Assembly (NCBI GenBank): GCA_013239625.1
Contig: MU053934.1
Coordinates: 12,061,413 to 12,125,412 of the forward strand
DNA: 64,000 nucleotides
Source of the DNA: Lama guanicoe
Lineage: Eukaryota
Reading direction: 5' to 3'
The position numbers were made by a program, and so were the translations under genes. Of this stretch, positions 36,746 to 48,699 are shown one piece after another (positions within the stretch are counted from its first letter, which is position 1; every line of letters starts with the position of its first letter). The notes beneath the pieces are model-generated. The model saw only the letters and a program-made list of their open reading frames with translations, had not been told where the DNA came from and searched no databases.

Positions 36746-37720
36746 GGCCGGGCCTGCACTTGGCTTGTGGGAACTACAAGAGGGACCGCCAGCCCGAGCC
36801 GGGCCCTGCAGCAGCCAGCCTGCCTAGGTAGTCTGCTCCTGGAGAAAGCAGTGATCTCTGACCCCTGGTGACCTTTGCCTTTGGCACGGGCCTGTTTCCT
36901 TTGCTTTGAGTGCCTTTTTGAGCGCTGCTCTCACGGGACTTGGTTTTCTCAAGCTCTGTCCAAAGACACTCCAGTTCAAGCCAGGTCTCGCCGGCCCAGG
37001 GCAGGCGCTTGAGCTGAGGCTGTCCCTGTCCTGTGCTGCTCTGGGGGCGGTGCTGACACTGACAACGGCCCCGCATCTGACATGTGGGATCAGGGGCACT
37101 CCCGCGGCCCGTGGCCTCATCTCACCCGGGCAGGGGCACAGGGTCCCTCGTGCTCCTCCCACCCTTGTTTTGGTGTTCTGGGCACGTTTGTGCACAAGCA
37201 ATGCAACGTTCAGGCCTCTGCTGCCTGCCCGCCCGACGTGCGTGCGCCTACGAACGTCTTATTTATGGTGTGACCCCACGGAGGGCTATTTATTGTTTAA
37301 CTTATTTGCCGAGGTTCCTCCCTCCCAGCTGCCCCGCCTCCTCCAAGCCCCTGTGTCCAGAGAGGGGGCGGCTGGCGTGTGGACCCAGGTCTCCAAACCC
37401 TGCGTGTCTGTCGGAAGACGGACACGCACAGCAGCTAGTTTGAGAGGAGCGGCGGCCCCACCGCCTGCGGCCCTGCGCCTGGGGGCGGGCTTAAGTTATT
37501 GACTTGTACAGTCTGCTTGTTGGCTCTGGAGGCTGGGGGATGGGGGACAGAGTCTCAAGCCTTTAATTTATTTCAGCAGAGGTGTTTTTGTGGTCCCAGT
37601 GTGTGAGGGCACTGAGAATAGGGGTTCTTCCAGTTCAGAAGTGAGATATCTGAAAAATCGTATTTTTTTATACAGGTATTTCAATTAAATTGTTTTGTAT
37701 TAAACGAATATTCTGTGTTT
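36746..37720 (+). other. PIM3 3'UTR with AU-rich elements and miRNA seed matches
   Basis: ATTTA motifs at about 37261, 37288 and 37566; CAATGCAA 37199-37206; GTGCCTT 36910-36916. Confidence 0.75.
37684..37704 (+). terminator. PIM3 polyadenylation signals (ATTAAA x2)
   Basis: ATTAAA at 37684-37689 and 37699-37704, followed by GU-rich ttctgtgttt. Confidence 0.7.
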
Positions 37721-38192
37721 ACTGTGCTGGGTAGTCTGGAGTGAGGAGGCAGTTTTGGGAGAAGGGGCCCTGGTCCCTGCATCGCTCCCTTTGTGTTTCC
37801 GGTGGGGAGGTGGCAGAGGGAGGGGGCCCAGGCCAGAAGGAATTTCCCCCTGATACTCAGCTTTTGGCCTCCTTGTCACCCCATTATCTAATCCAGCTGC
37901 ACCCAGGGGAGTCAGAAACAGACTGTGCCCTCGGGGTCCCCTGAGAGAGGGGCAGGGAGCCAGGCCCTTGGTGGGGGTGTGTTTCCAGCACTAGTCCAGA
38001 GGCAGAGGCTGGAAAGGGTTTTGAAGAATGGCTAGAAATTTGTGACATGGAGGGATGGGAAGGTGCTCGAGGTACAGAAACTAGAGGTGGGTGTGACTGG
38101 ACCCTGGCCTGATAGGCACAGGGTGAGGTGTTGGGTGGGAGCCGCAGCCAAGTTGAGGTGTGGACCGGCGGGCCAGGCTGCAGTGTTTCGGG

Positions 38193-38552
38193 TGGGTCTG
38201 GTGGAGGGTCTGGCTGGGCCCCACCCCACCCCACCCCCACAGAGGTTCTCTGCTTGGCAGCTTCTGTGAGGCAGAGGGGAACCCACTGGGCCTGTGAGCA
38301 GGCTGTCCAGACAGTCCAGCAGGGCCAGGCATGTGGCCCCGAGCCCTCAGAGGCCTGTTCCTGTGTCCCTTGGCATGGGTCTGGTGGAGGGTCTGGCTGG
38401 GCCCCACCCCACCCCCACAGAGGTTCTCTGCTTGGCAGCTTCTGTGAGGCAGAGGGGAACCCACTGGGCCTGTGAGCAGGCTGTCCAGACAGTCCAGCAG
38501 GGCCAGGCATGTGGCCCCGAGCCCTCAGAGGCCTGTTCCTGTGTCCCTTGGC
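38193..38552. repeat. Near-perfect tandem duplication of about 180 bp
   Basis: Copy 1 at 38193-38374 and copy 2 at 38376-38552 appear to differ only by one CCACC unit. Confidence 0.95.
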
Positions 38553-41500
38553 CCTGGTGTCCGGCCTGCATACCTGCTGCTGGGCCCTGGGAACCCAGAG
38601 TTGGACAAAGGATGTCCTGGAGCTGCAGGGAAGAGCAGAGGCAGGAAGTTTTGGGAAGTGGAGCTGGAGGAGATGAAGCCGGCCTTTCCTCTGGTGGCGA
38701 GCAGAGGCCGTTGGGTGGGGGCTCTGGGCTTGGTCACTCAGGGAGTCGGTAGGCGCTGGTGACCTGCCTAGGGCTTGAGGGCCCGCTGTTGAGGCCCAGG
38801 AACCCAGGGGGCAGTCCCGCTCGGTGTTGGCTGACACCGTGGAGCAGTGGGGTGTGTATGGGGACAGTCTGTGTCCATGGCCTTGGCCTGAGCCCTAATC
38901 GGCCCTGTGGGGCTCATCTCCTTATGCTCACCCTGCCCCACTTGAACGGGAGTCTCAGGCAGTAGCCCCGCACTCGGAGGTGGAGGGCAAGCACCTCTGC
39001 AGCGTTTGGGCCCCCACATCTCACCCTGGTGACAGCCACTCACGTGTCACTATGGTCCCTGTCCCTCACTTGCCAGCTGGGGGTGCTGTGCCAGTCTTTG
39101 GCACCCCTCCCATTCACTCTCCCATTTTCCATCCATCCTTCAGTCCATCCGTCCACCCACCAGACCACCTGATAACCGCTCACTGAGCTGTTTTGTGCGG
39201 GACGGTGGAGCAGTGGGGGCGCTGCTAACTGATCGGAAGGCTGGGGGCTCTCGGGGCTGGGTGTTCAGGGGGCCGAGTGGGGAGCCACTGCGGGAGATGG
39301 CTGGGGAGGGCTTGGGGGCAGAAGGAAGTGGTGCAGTCAGGTGGTGAGCGGGCGGGCAGGCAGTGGACCCGCTCTGTGCTCTGTCCTTGGCGCCTGCCAA
39401 CGTCACACATGGAGTCCCACTTGCAAGTTCTGACTCGCATTTTATTGGTTCCACAGACTCCATAGGGTTCCACAGGGTTGTTCGTGCAGGGTCCACCCAC
39501 AAACCACAGCCTGGAGAACAGAGGACCGCCCGCTGCAGTCCAGGCCTTCCTCGGAACTGCCGCTGCTCCGAGGTTCCGCCAGGCCTGCTCAAGGCTCCCT
39601 GGGCCTGAGAGCCTGTGTAGGGACGTCTGTGAAGGTGAGGCAGGTGTCGGCTGCTCTACGGTCACAGAGGTGACCCCTGATGGTTTGATGGATACAGAGG
39701 CTGTGGCCACAGGTGACAGAGCCTCTCCTGCCTGGGGGAGGAGGAAGCCCAGGCCTGTGTGTGTCAGGACCAGTGGGGCCAGCAGACGTGGGCTGGGGCC
39801 AGAGGGTGGGTCCCGAGGTCAGGCCAGGGGTTTGGGGGCTGAGAGGTACTACCTGACACGCGACAGCAGCGGGGTGGAGGGCCGAGCCCACCCCGCAGAG
39901 CCTGTCCCCAGGGCAGGAGGGGAGATGGCGGAGGGGAGCCGCTGCGCCCGTGACCTTTCTGCCTCTGCACGCACTGGGTGCCCCACGAGCACCGCTTTCC
40001 CCACCCATCCGCTGGCCCAGCCCGGCCTGGGCTCCTGGCGCTGCTGCTGCCCAGTGCCAGCCTGCGTGCTGGGCGGGTCCCCCGCCCTCGGCCGCCCTAG
40101 GCGAGGCTGCTTGCCCAGGCTGCCTTCAGGGAAACTGAGGCCCTGAGAGGCAGGGACCCCCACTGCTGTGCCCCCACGTATCGGGGAGCTACTGAGGGCC
40201 TGACTGGAGACTCCTGGTGGCTAAGGCCTGTGGCGGGTGTGGGTGGCCCAGGACTTTTGTGATGGGTGCGGGCCACAGGAGTGGCGCAGAAGCAGCAGTG
40301 CGCTGTGGGGGGAGGTCTTCCCTGGCCCCTGGGGTAGTGAGATTTCAGAGAATCCCTCATGGGTGTAGTCCCAGGTCTCAGAGACGCAGGCAGAATTCCA
40401 GGGGTCCGGCTGGGAGGGGCCTGCCCTGGCCTAGCCCCACCTGCCACCCCTTCTGGCCACTCTGGGCTCTGCTGGGCTTGGGTTGTGGGGTGGGGACGGA
40501 GGAGGCAGGGCCCAGGTCCTCTCCCTGGGGCCACCTGTGTGCCAGGCTCTCTTCTCCATGGCTGGCGCTTCCTGACTCCAGACACAAACCTGGGGCTCTG
40601 TCAGGATCCGAGTGGCTGGCCTGCCCTGCGGTCCCCCAGCACCCCCCAAGCCCTGAGGGCTGGCCTGTCCATGAGGGAGGAAGGCCACAGAGTCCACTTC
40701 TTTTCCTGGAGGTTTGTCCACATAGAGGCCTCTTTCCTGCTCCTGGGAGGGATCTGTCTCAGGGAGTTTGGGCCTTTTCCCCCCAGACTAGATCCTCCCC
40801 CCTGCCCAGGCAGCCCCCAGGACAGCAGTACCCCATCCTCAGGTGCTGGTGCAGGCGCCAGGGCAGGGGCCCCACTGGATGTCATGCTGTGGGGCCTGGG
40901 GTGGGCCAGCCTCCAGCTCTCCTGCTGTCCCACTCTCAGTGCTAGGGGGCTCTGCAGAAGGCGAGGGGCAGGGAGCCACTGTGGGCCCCTCGCCTCCAGC
41001 CATGCCAACACCAGGGGTCTGTGTCCCCAGGTGTCTGCAGGCTCCCCTCTACTGGGGTGGGATCCCTTCTGCTTGTCAGAACTAGCCCTGTCTGCCACTG
41101 GGGTTGGGCGCTGGGAGAGTGGCTCCTTGGGACTGAGATGGGGCTGTTCCCATGGGCAGGACCCCAACCCGCCTTGGGGCTGCTGGCACTGACGGCCTCG
41201 TGGACGGCTTGGGGCTGGAGCAGAGGGAACAGGCTACTGCCCTGCCTTCCTCCAGGCTGCCGGCTCCTGGGACAGTCCTGGGTTTCTTCTCCTCCCCTCC
41301 GCCCTCTGCCCCAACCCACCCCCCCTGCTCCCCTGGCCCCAGGAGGCCGCCCTGCCTCCACCTTCACCTGGTCCAGTGGTTCTGACGCTCTCTGCCAGGC
41401 TAGCCCCCGTCTCCACCCATCTTATAATATCTTGGGTCAGCTTAGTATCGAGTCTCCTTGAGAACCACCGGCTCAAGTTCTGAGCAGCATCCTGTCCTCA

Positions 41501-42457
41501 AGGGTTTTCCTTGGGGTTGCACAGAACCTAGAAATCATCATGGAAAGAACGATTTCTGAATATACCATGGCCCCTGGCGGGCAGGAGTGGCTCTGCTCAG
41601 ATGCGCCCCCTCCCGTGGGAGCAACACATTACACCCTGGCTGTAGGCCCCCTGAGGGCTTGTGGGTGCTGACCGAGCCCACTGGTGACAGGGGCAGCTGC
41701 CTCTCTAGCCCCCAAACCCACCTGCCCGAGGCCTGCCCAGCTTCCGAGGAGGAGAGTCTGGTCCTCTGATCCAAACCAACCCCCCACAGCTGTCAGGACC
41801 TCACTACGTTTCCTTCCTCCAGTGCGGCCCCAAATGAACCCCCGGAAAAGCTTCTTGGAAAACGGAAGTGATCCCTGGCAGGACCTGGGAGCCCCACCCA
41901 ACCCGCTCGGCCTCCAGACCCCGGCTGGCTGGCTAGCCGGGAATCCCGTGTTGGCAAAAGCAGCAGAAAAAGGAAACAGGAAGAGGGGACAGGCTGGGCA
42001 ACTCCAGAGGGCACGGTGGAGGCCCCGACAGCAGGGGCAGAGGGGCCATCACCTGCCCACGTGACTTCCAGGCAGCCTTGGCAAAACCCGAGCTTCTATT
42101 ACACAACTGACACCCTGTACCACCCGAGCTCCTAAGAGTTCCCGACAGTCAGGCCTGTCCAGGCAGATGGGGCAGGGCCTGGCCCTCCACACTGGTCCCT
42201 GCAGATGCTGGCCAGGCGGGAGTGGGGGGTCCGCTCCTGGGTGAATGAGTGAAGGGCCTCTGCAGGTGGGGGGTCACCTGTACCTGGCACTGAATGAGCC
42301 AGGTGAAGGGGACTGAGGCTTAAGTCATAAGCAGGCAGGTGGGCCCAACCCACCCAAGGAGGGGGAGGGGCCCTAGGGTGGGACCCCATCCTCTTGAGCT
42401 CAGGAAAGTGGGCCAGCTCTGACATGGCCTCTGGCCCCTCCTGCCCACCCTCCTGCC

Positions 42458-42569
42458 AGGCTCAAGCCTTTGGTGGTCAGGGACCCTGCTGATCTGAGGC
42501 TCAAGCCTTTGGTGGGCAGGGACCCTGCTGATCTGAGGCTCAAGCCTATGGTGGGCAGGGACCCTGCTG
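42458..42569. repeat. 39-bp minisatellite, about 2.9 copies
   Basis: Unit AGGCTCAAGCCTTTGGTGGGCAGGGACCCTGCTGATCTG starts at 42458, 42497 and 42536. Confidence 0.95.
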
Positions 42570-43978
42570 TCACTGGCCCTACACACCTGCCCTGGAGGTT
42601 GGCTTCTGTTCCAGGGCCTTCGGGCTTCCCTGCCCCACACAGCTTGGCAGGTGGTACCCCTCAGCTGATTCTGTGGGTTCCTCGTGTCCAGCAAGTGGGG
42701 GATGGGGGGAAAGGCGCTGATGCCTGAGGCAGCAGGCCAGGCGCACACAGCCCGGGGCCGTCTGCTCCATTCCTTGTGGCCCTCGGGCTCTGAGCAGGGC
42801 CTGGGCTTCGGGGATGGGGCTGGACAACGAGGCCCAGCTGGTGTCAGGCAGCAGGGCCTCTCTGGGTTGTAGGTGCCCTGGATCCTGGGACCAGCTGACG
42901 AGGAGGACTGGGAGGTCCCCTGCCTCCAACCCCGGGCCAGACCAGGCAGGGTGTCAGGGATCCTGGACCCCCGGGCACAGCCCGCGGCTGTGATTGGGCC
43001 ACTTGCCGATCCCCCACTTTCGTAGGAGGTGGGAGTGCCAAGGGCCTGGAGACACCTGGGTTGGGGTTTGTATCACAGCACAGCCCGCCCAGCGGGTCCC
43101 CACAGAGGCACCCTCATGTGTGGTGGGGTGCGGGGCCCCACCCTGCAGAGCTTCCCAGAGAGGGTCCCCCCCAGCCTCCCGCCCCCCTGCAAGAATCCAC
43201 ACTTCCCAACCCCGGGGCTCACGCTTGCCAGAGGGGCAGCGGCCCAGACTAATCAGAATGATAGTTTCAGGATGTGACAGATGTGACAGGTCCTGGCGGT
43301 GGGACCGTCAGCAGTCATTGTCAGCTTTCTGCTGAATGGGCTACTGAGTGGGGCTTGAGAGATGGCTTCCGCAGCTCTGCAGAGATCTGGGGAGGGGGAG
43401 CTGTGGCAGGGGTGGACAGCAGGTGCAAAGGCCCTGAGGTAGGCAGAGGGGCTCAGGCCACCATACTCGGAACAGGAACAGAAGGGCAGGCATAGGAGGG
43501 GTGCAGAGCCTCCTCCCTGCACACTGGCCTTCTGGTGGCCCCATGGTCCTAGATTCCAGCCCCGCCCACAAACCATATGCTCCGCCAGGGTAAGCTAAGG
43601 GTGAGGGGAGCTAAGGGGAGAGGGTGAGGACCTCAGAGGCCTTGAGCCTGAGCAGAGCCCTGGGGCCGCCCCTGGGCCGTCCTGCTGGTGCTCCGGCCCA
43701 GCCCCAGCTCTTGCTGAGATCTGAGGGTTGGGACAGGCCAGGGTCTGCAGATCCAAGGCACATGGGCTCCGGAGTCCCCAGTGCCACAGCCAGCTCAGCA
43801 CGCTTCTCAGCAGGCCAGCGCAGTCACGGGCGCTGCACGCCCAGGCCCAGAGGAAGCTCCCAGCTCGCTTGGTGGCCTGGCCATCCCTGGGGCAGGTCCC
43901 CGCGTCCCAGCTCTGCCCTGCCCGGTCTGCTGCTCGGCAGCCAGCTCAGGCGCCCCTCTGGAAAGGGCCACAAAACTG

Positions 43979-44225
43979 ATGTGTGCTTGCCCTGGATGTG
44001 TGTGTGTACGTGCACACCTGTGTGTACCTGTGAGTGTGCATGTGGTACGTGTGGGTGGCAGTGGGTGTGTCAATCTGTGTGGTCCGAGGGCGTGCGTGTC
44101 TGGGTGCTTGTGTGTGCACATGTACGTGTATGTGTGTAGGTATGTGTATGTGTGATCCGCGGGTTTGTCCATGCGTGCTTGGGTATCTGTGTGTAGGTGT
44201 GTGCACGTGTGTGCACCTGTGCACA
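43979..44225. repeat. Degenerate (TG)n low-complexity tract
   Basis: About 250 bp of interrupted TG/CA alternation. Confidence 0.8.
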
Positions 44226-45979
44226 ACCTCGTCTAGGCAGAGCCTGGGCCCAGGCTGCCTCTGCTGTGTGACTCATCCCCCTTCCAAGGGCACAGCAGCC
44301 CGTGGGGGTGTCCCTGTGACTCAGCGCCCGTGGTGGGTGGGAGGTGGGGGAAGCTGGCGATGGGGAGGAGCCTGGGGTGGGCGGAGAGAGGGGTGAGCAC
44401 GATGCTGCAGCAGTGAGGTCCCGCCCCCGAGCCCTCCACCCTCCAGCTGCTGCCTGCCTTGGGGTTCAAAAACCATGACGCAACAGGGGCATGGGAAGTG
44501 GGGGTTCCCCAAGGGCCGCCGGTGCTGAGATCTGAGGCAGGAGGGGCTGGGGGCTGGGGCCGAGGGAAGCGCAGAGAGAACGTGGGTGTGCGGGGTTGGG
44601 AGGGGTCCCTGCGGTGATGTGGTTGGGCCAGCAGACAGATTCGAGGGTGGTGTGACCTGTTCAAATGCCAACAATCCAAGCAAGACCAGGAAGGGGGTGG
44701 GTCCCTGAGGTAGAATGTCGGTCAGCGCAGGAGGAGAGGCTCCCCGGGGCCCTGTCCATGTGCTCAGGAAGCCCAGGGCACGGGGGCCCCTCCCTTCAGC
44801 AAGCCACCCCCTCGGTTTAGTGCTCCAGGGAAGTCCTGGCCGGCACTAACCCGTCCTGGGCCTGAGGACGCCTCTTGCCCCTGGTGGGGGGACCTTGGGA
44901 CCTGTGAGCAACTGAGAACTCAGAGCTGTGGTCCACTGGCCTACTGACCCTCACACCCTGGCCCAGCCTCTGCGACATTCTGTCCCCATCCTTGCCACAC
45001 GTGGTCACCAGGGCCCAGCCATTCTGTCTGCCCTGCACCTGACTTCCATGCCGGGCTATTGCCGAGGGTGGCTGTCCCTAATGGCCAGGTTAGCTGTGGG
45101 CACCTTGAGCCGTCTGGCAGTGCCCTGGCACCAGAAGCTGGTGGGCCAGGGGAGGCTGGGGTCCACGCCCAGCCCTGGGACAGGAAGATGAAGGTGGGAG
45201 CCAGCCAGAATTTTGGAGGCGGGCACCTGCTGCTGCACTGTTTCCAGGACCACAGGTCCAAGCTCCCACATGGGCCCCCCGCCTGAGCCCACAGATACAC
45301 AGGGAGGCCAGCCAGGTGTGCGGATCCCCAGCTGTAGGGTTCACCTGCTGGGTGTTCCATCTCTGGGCCTCAATTCTGTCACCTGACTCCCTCCTGGGCA
45401 AAAAGGAACTGAAGTTGGGAGGTGCCCCAGCTCAGTGGGGATCTGTCAGGTGACAGGAAGGCCAGGGCTGAGTGAGGCCTGGCACACAGGGGTGTGCATG
45501 GCCAGGTGAGTGGGGTGGAGGCCACCTTCACCCTGGCCACACCTCAATGATCTCATCACTCGGGACGAGGCAGCACCGAGTGGAGGAGCCCTGGCCTGGG
45601 TGCGGGGGTCTCAGGGAGGGGCAGAGCCCAGGGCCAGGTGGAGGCTCTTGCGGGGCTGGCCTCCTGGCGCTCATGTCTGCCTCACCCAGGCTGCTCTCCC
45701 AGCCCGTCCCCATGCATGTGGCAGGACACCCCTACCTCCCCGGACGGCACCCAAGCCTCCCTCTGATCCTCTCTGGTCCCCACCCCTGGGGGGCCATGCT
45801 CGCTCCAGGACTTGGGGAGCAATGGTGACAGGGAGGCCACCACCAGCGTAGAGACCCAGGGGCAGGGTCCCAGCCACACTGTCTAAACTCCTCTTAAAAA
45901 CACTCGGAGCTACTTTAAACATTTCTCAGACAGTTCAATGGAAATTTAATAAGATCTGTGAAACGTCTGTGTGAGTGTG

Positions 45980-48250
45980 AAAGGTATTTTTAAAACAGCT
46001 TTCCTGAGGTGTAATTTACATATCCTACAGTCCACCCACTTCCAGTGATCTCAATGAGCTGCCCACAATTCAGTGATTTTCGTAAAATCTCTGAGTTGTG
46101 CCACCACCACCGCGGTCCAATTTTAGAACGTGTCCCCAGGAGCAGTCGCTCCTCTCCACCCCCGGCCCCTGGCAACCACCCACCTGGTCTCTGTCTTCAC
46201 AGACTTGCCTTATTTGGACATCTGGTATCGACAGAGTCTACCACTGGTGGTGCTCGGTGTCTGGCTGGTTTCACTGAGCACGAGCACCGTGCAGCTCATC
46301 CGTGCTGCAACATGTCCATGGTGGGCTCCCATAAACATGCTCCGTGCTCGGGAACCCCACATTTTGCTTATCCATTCCCAGCTGATGGATACTTGGGCTG
46401 TTTGGGGCTGTTTCGGCCGTTATGAATAAGGCTGCTATGGACTTCATGTGCACACCTTTCTCTGCGCCTACACTGTCATTTCTCTTAGGTAGATACCCGG
46501 GAATGGAATTGCTGGGTCAAATGGGAAACGTTATGTTTAACTTTTGAAGAAGTCCGCTCTGCACTGTACATCCCACCAGCAGTGTGTGAGCCCCGGGGTT
46601 CCCACCGCCTTGTCCGTACTTGTCACCAGTGTTCGCTGTGATTACAACCACCCTATCAGGTGTGAAGTGGTGCTGACTTTGGTTTCAATTTGGGTTTCCC
46701 TAATACCTAGTGATGCTGAGCATCTTCTCAAATTTGATTAGATGTTGCGCCAAAGAAGGTACCCAGCTTCCCTCCTCCTTCTCTGGAGAAACATCTAATC
46801 AGGCTTTTGGCCTGTTTTTCATTTGGGCAGTTTGTCTTGCTGTTATTTAAAATTTCATGTGTAATTGTAAATTGTGCTAATACATAACAATTTAGAGTGT
46901 ACGTGTGTCTTATTTTGAGTTGTGAGTGTTCTTTATATATTGTAAATACATGTCCTTTATTACATATATGATTTGCAAACACTTAATGAACACCCAGGTT
47001 TCATTTTCTTACTGCTGGTATCTGAGACACAAAGCACTGACTTTTGATTAAGTCCAACTTATATATTTTTTTCCATGGATTCTGTTTTGGTGCTGCAGCT
47101 AAGAACACTGTGCGTAACTCAAGGGCACAAAAGTTTTGTCCTATGTTCCTTTTTAAAAGTTGTATAGCGTTAGCTCTTACAGTTATGTTCACGGTTCACT
47201 TTGAGTTGATTTTTGTGTATGGTGTGAGGTAAGGGTCCAAATGCCTCCTTTTACGTGTGCATGTCCAACTGTCACAGCACCACTTGTTGAAAAGAGTGTC
47301 CTTTTCCCCACTGAAAGCTGGGGCATGTTTGCCAAAAATCACTTGACCATAAGTCTCTGGGTTTATTTCTGGACTTTGGAGTCCATCCCACTGACCTGTA
47401 CGTCAGCCCTGGTGCCGGAGCACGCCGTCTTTGCTGCCATGTCTTTGTAGTAAGTCTTACAACTGGAACCTGTAAATTCCCCAGGTTGGTTCCTTTAAAA
47501 AATTGTTTTGGCTAAGGAAAAATACTGTATGACACCACTTATATGTGGAATCTAAAATAAAGGACACAAATGAACTTACCTGCAAAACAGAAACAGACTC
47601 ACAGACATAGAGAACAGACGTATGGTTACCAGGAGTTAAAGGGGGTGGGAAGAGATACACTGGGAATCCGAAATTTGCACCTCTTGGGGAGCAACGGGAA
47701 TGTTAGCCGTCTTATTGTGGTGGTGGTCTCATGGGTGTAGACATCTATGAACTTCATCAAATTGTACATCTGAAATATGTGTAGTTTACTGTACAGGAAC
47801 CAGACCACAGTAAAGCTGTTACTAATTGTTTTGTCCATTTTATGTCGTTTGCATATCCATAAACATTTTATGATCGGATTGCTGATTTCTGCCTCCCAAA
47901 AATCCACTCACGTTTTAATGAGATTGCATCCAATCTATTAATCAATTTAGGGAGTATTGTCACCTTGACAATCTTCAGTCTTCGCACCCATGAACACTGT
48001 CTCGTTTATTCAGACTTCTTTGACATCTCTTAGAAATGCGGTGCAGCTTTAAGCGTACGGGTCTCGCATGCCTCTTGTTGGACATGTTCCTATTCATTGT
48101 ATTCTTTTAAGTGGTGGTGTAAATAGAGGTGTTTTCTCAATTTCATTTTTGGATTGTCCACTGCTAACGTATGGAAATATGGTTGGTTTTTATGCACCAA
48201 TCTTGAGTCCTGTAACCTTGCTGGACTTACTCATTGGCAGCTTTTTCCCT
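45980..48250 (-). mobile_element. Old L1, antisense; ORF2 3' half plus 3'UTR, interrupted by a nested insertion
   Basis: Minus-strand remnants FANHICNKG and KIYKLDLIK resemble the L1 ORF2 C-terminus; T-rich plus strand; typical aatggaattgctgggtcaaatgg block. Confidence 0.85.
47511..47823 (+). mobile_element. Nested L1 3'-end insertion flanked by AATTGTTTTG direct repeats
   Basis: cacttatatgtggaatctaaaa...acagaaacagactcacagacatagagaacaga...atggttacc is an L1 3'UTR; repeats at 47501-47510 and 47824-47833. Confidence 0.75.
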
Positions 48251-48699
48251 CTATGTCCTCGTGCCATTTGGCCCCAAATGCATCACAAATGCAGAAATGG
48301 GTGGTTTCTGGTGGAGGAAAGGGGAACCTTGGGTGTCTGGTAAGTGCCAGGCAAATAAAAGAGGAAGCAGTCCAGGGAAGTGACTCCAGAAGAATCGCAG
48401 TTTTGACTCCTCATCTCACCCCTAATCCAAGCGCATGGGTCTGATCCTAATTAGCATATCAAGTATTTGGAAAACTGATCTGACAGGGAGACCTCCACCC
48501 AAGTCTCAGAGTGAGTGTGAGGCAGTGCAGATGAGGGGGCAGACCTGATCATAACAGCGAAGACTAAGTACCCGGCAGACGTGGGCACCACAGCCCACGG
48601 GAGAGCGAAACAAGGACACGGACATTCCCCAAGGGCAGCGGAGAGACCCGGAATCCTCAGGCGTCTGGACAGAAACCGGCAGCACCCGGTAACAGAAAG

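Noticed and set aside
37884..38837. 317-aa minus-strand ORF with repeated peptide blocks
   Set aside because: The repeats come from the 180-bp DNA duplication; no coding hallmarks.
42458..42569. Palindromic direct repeats superficially like a CRISPR array
   Set aside because: No unique spacers and no cas genes, in a mammalian context: a minisatellite.
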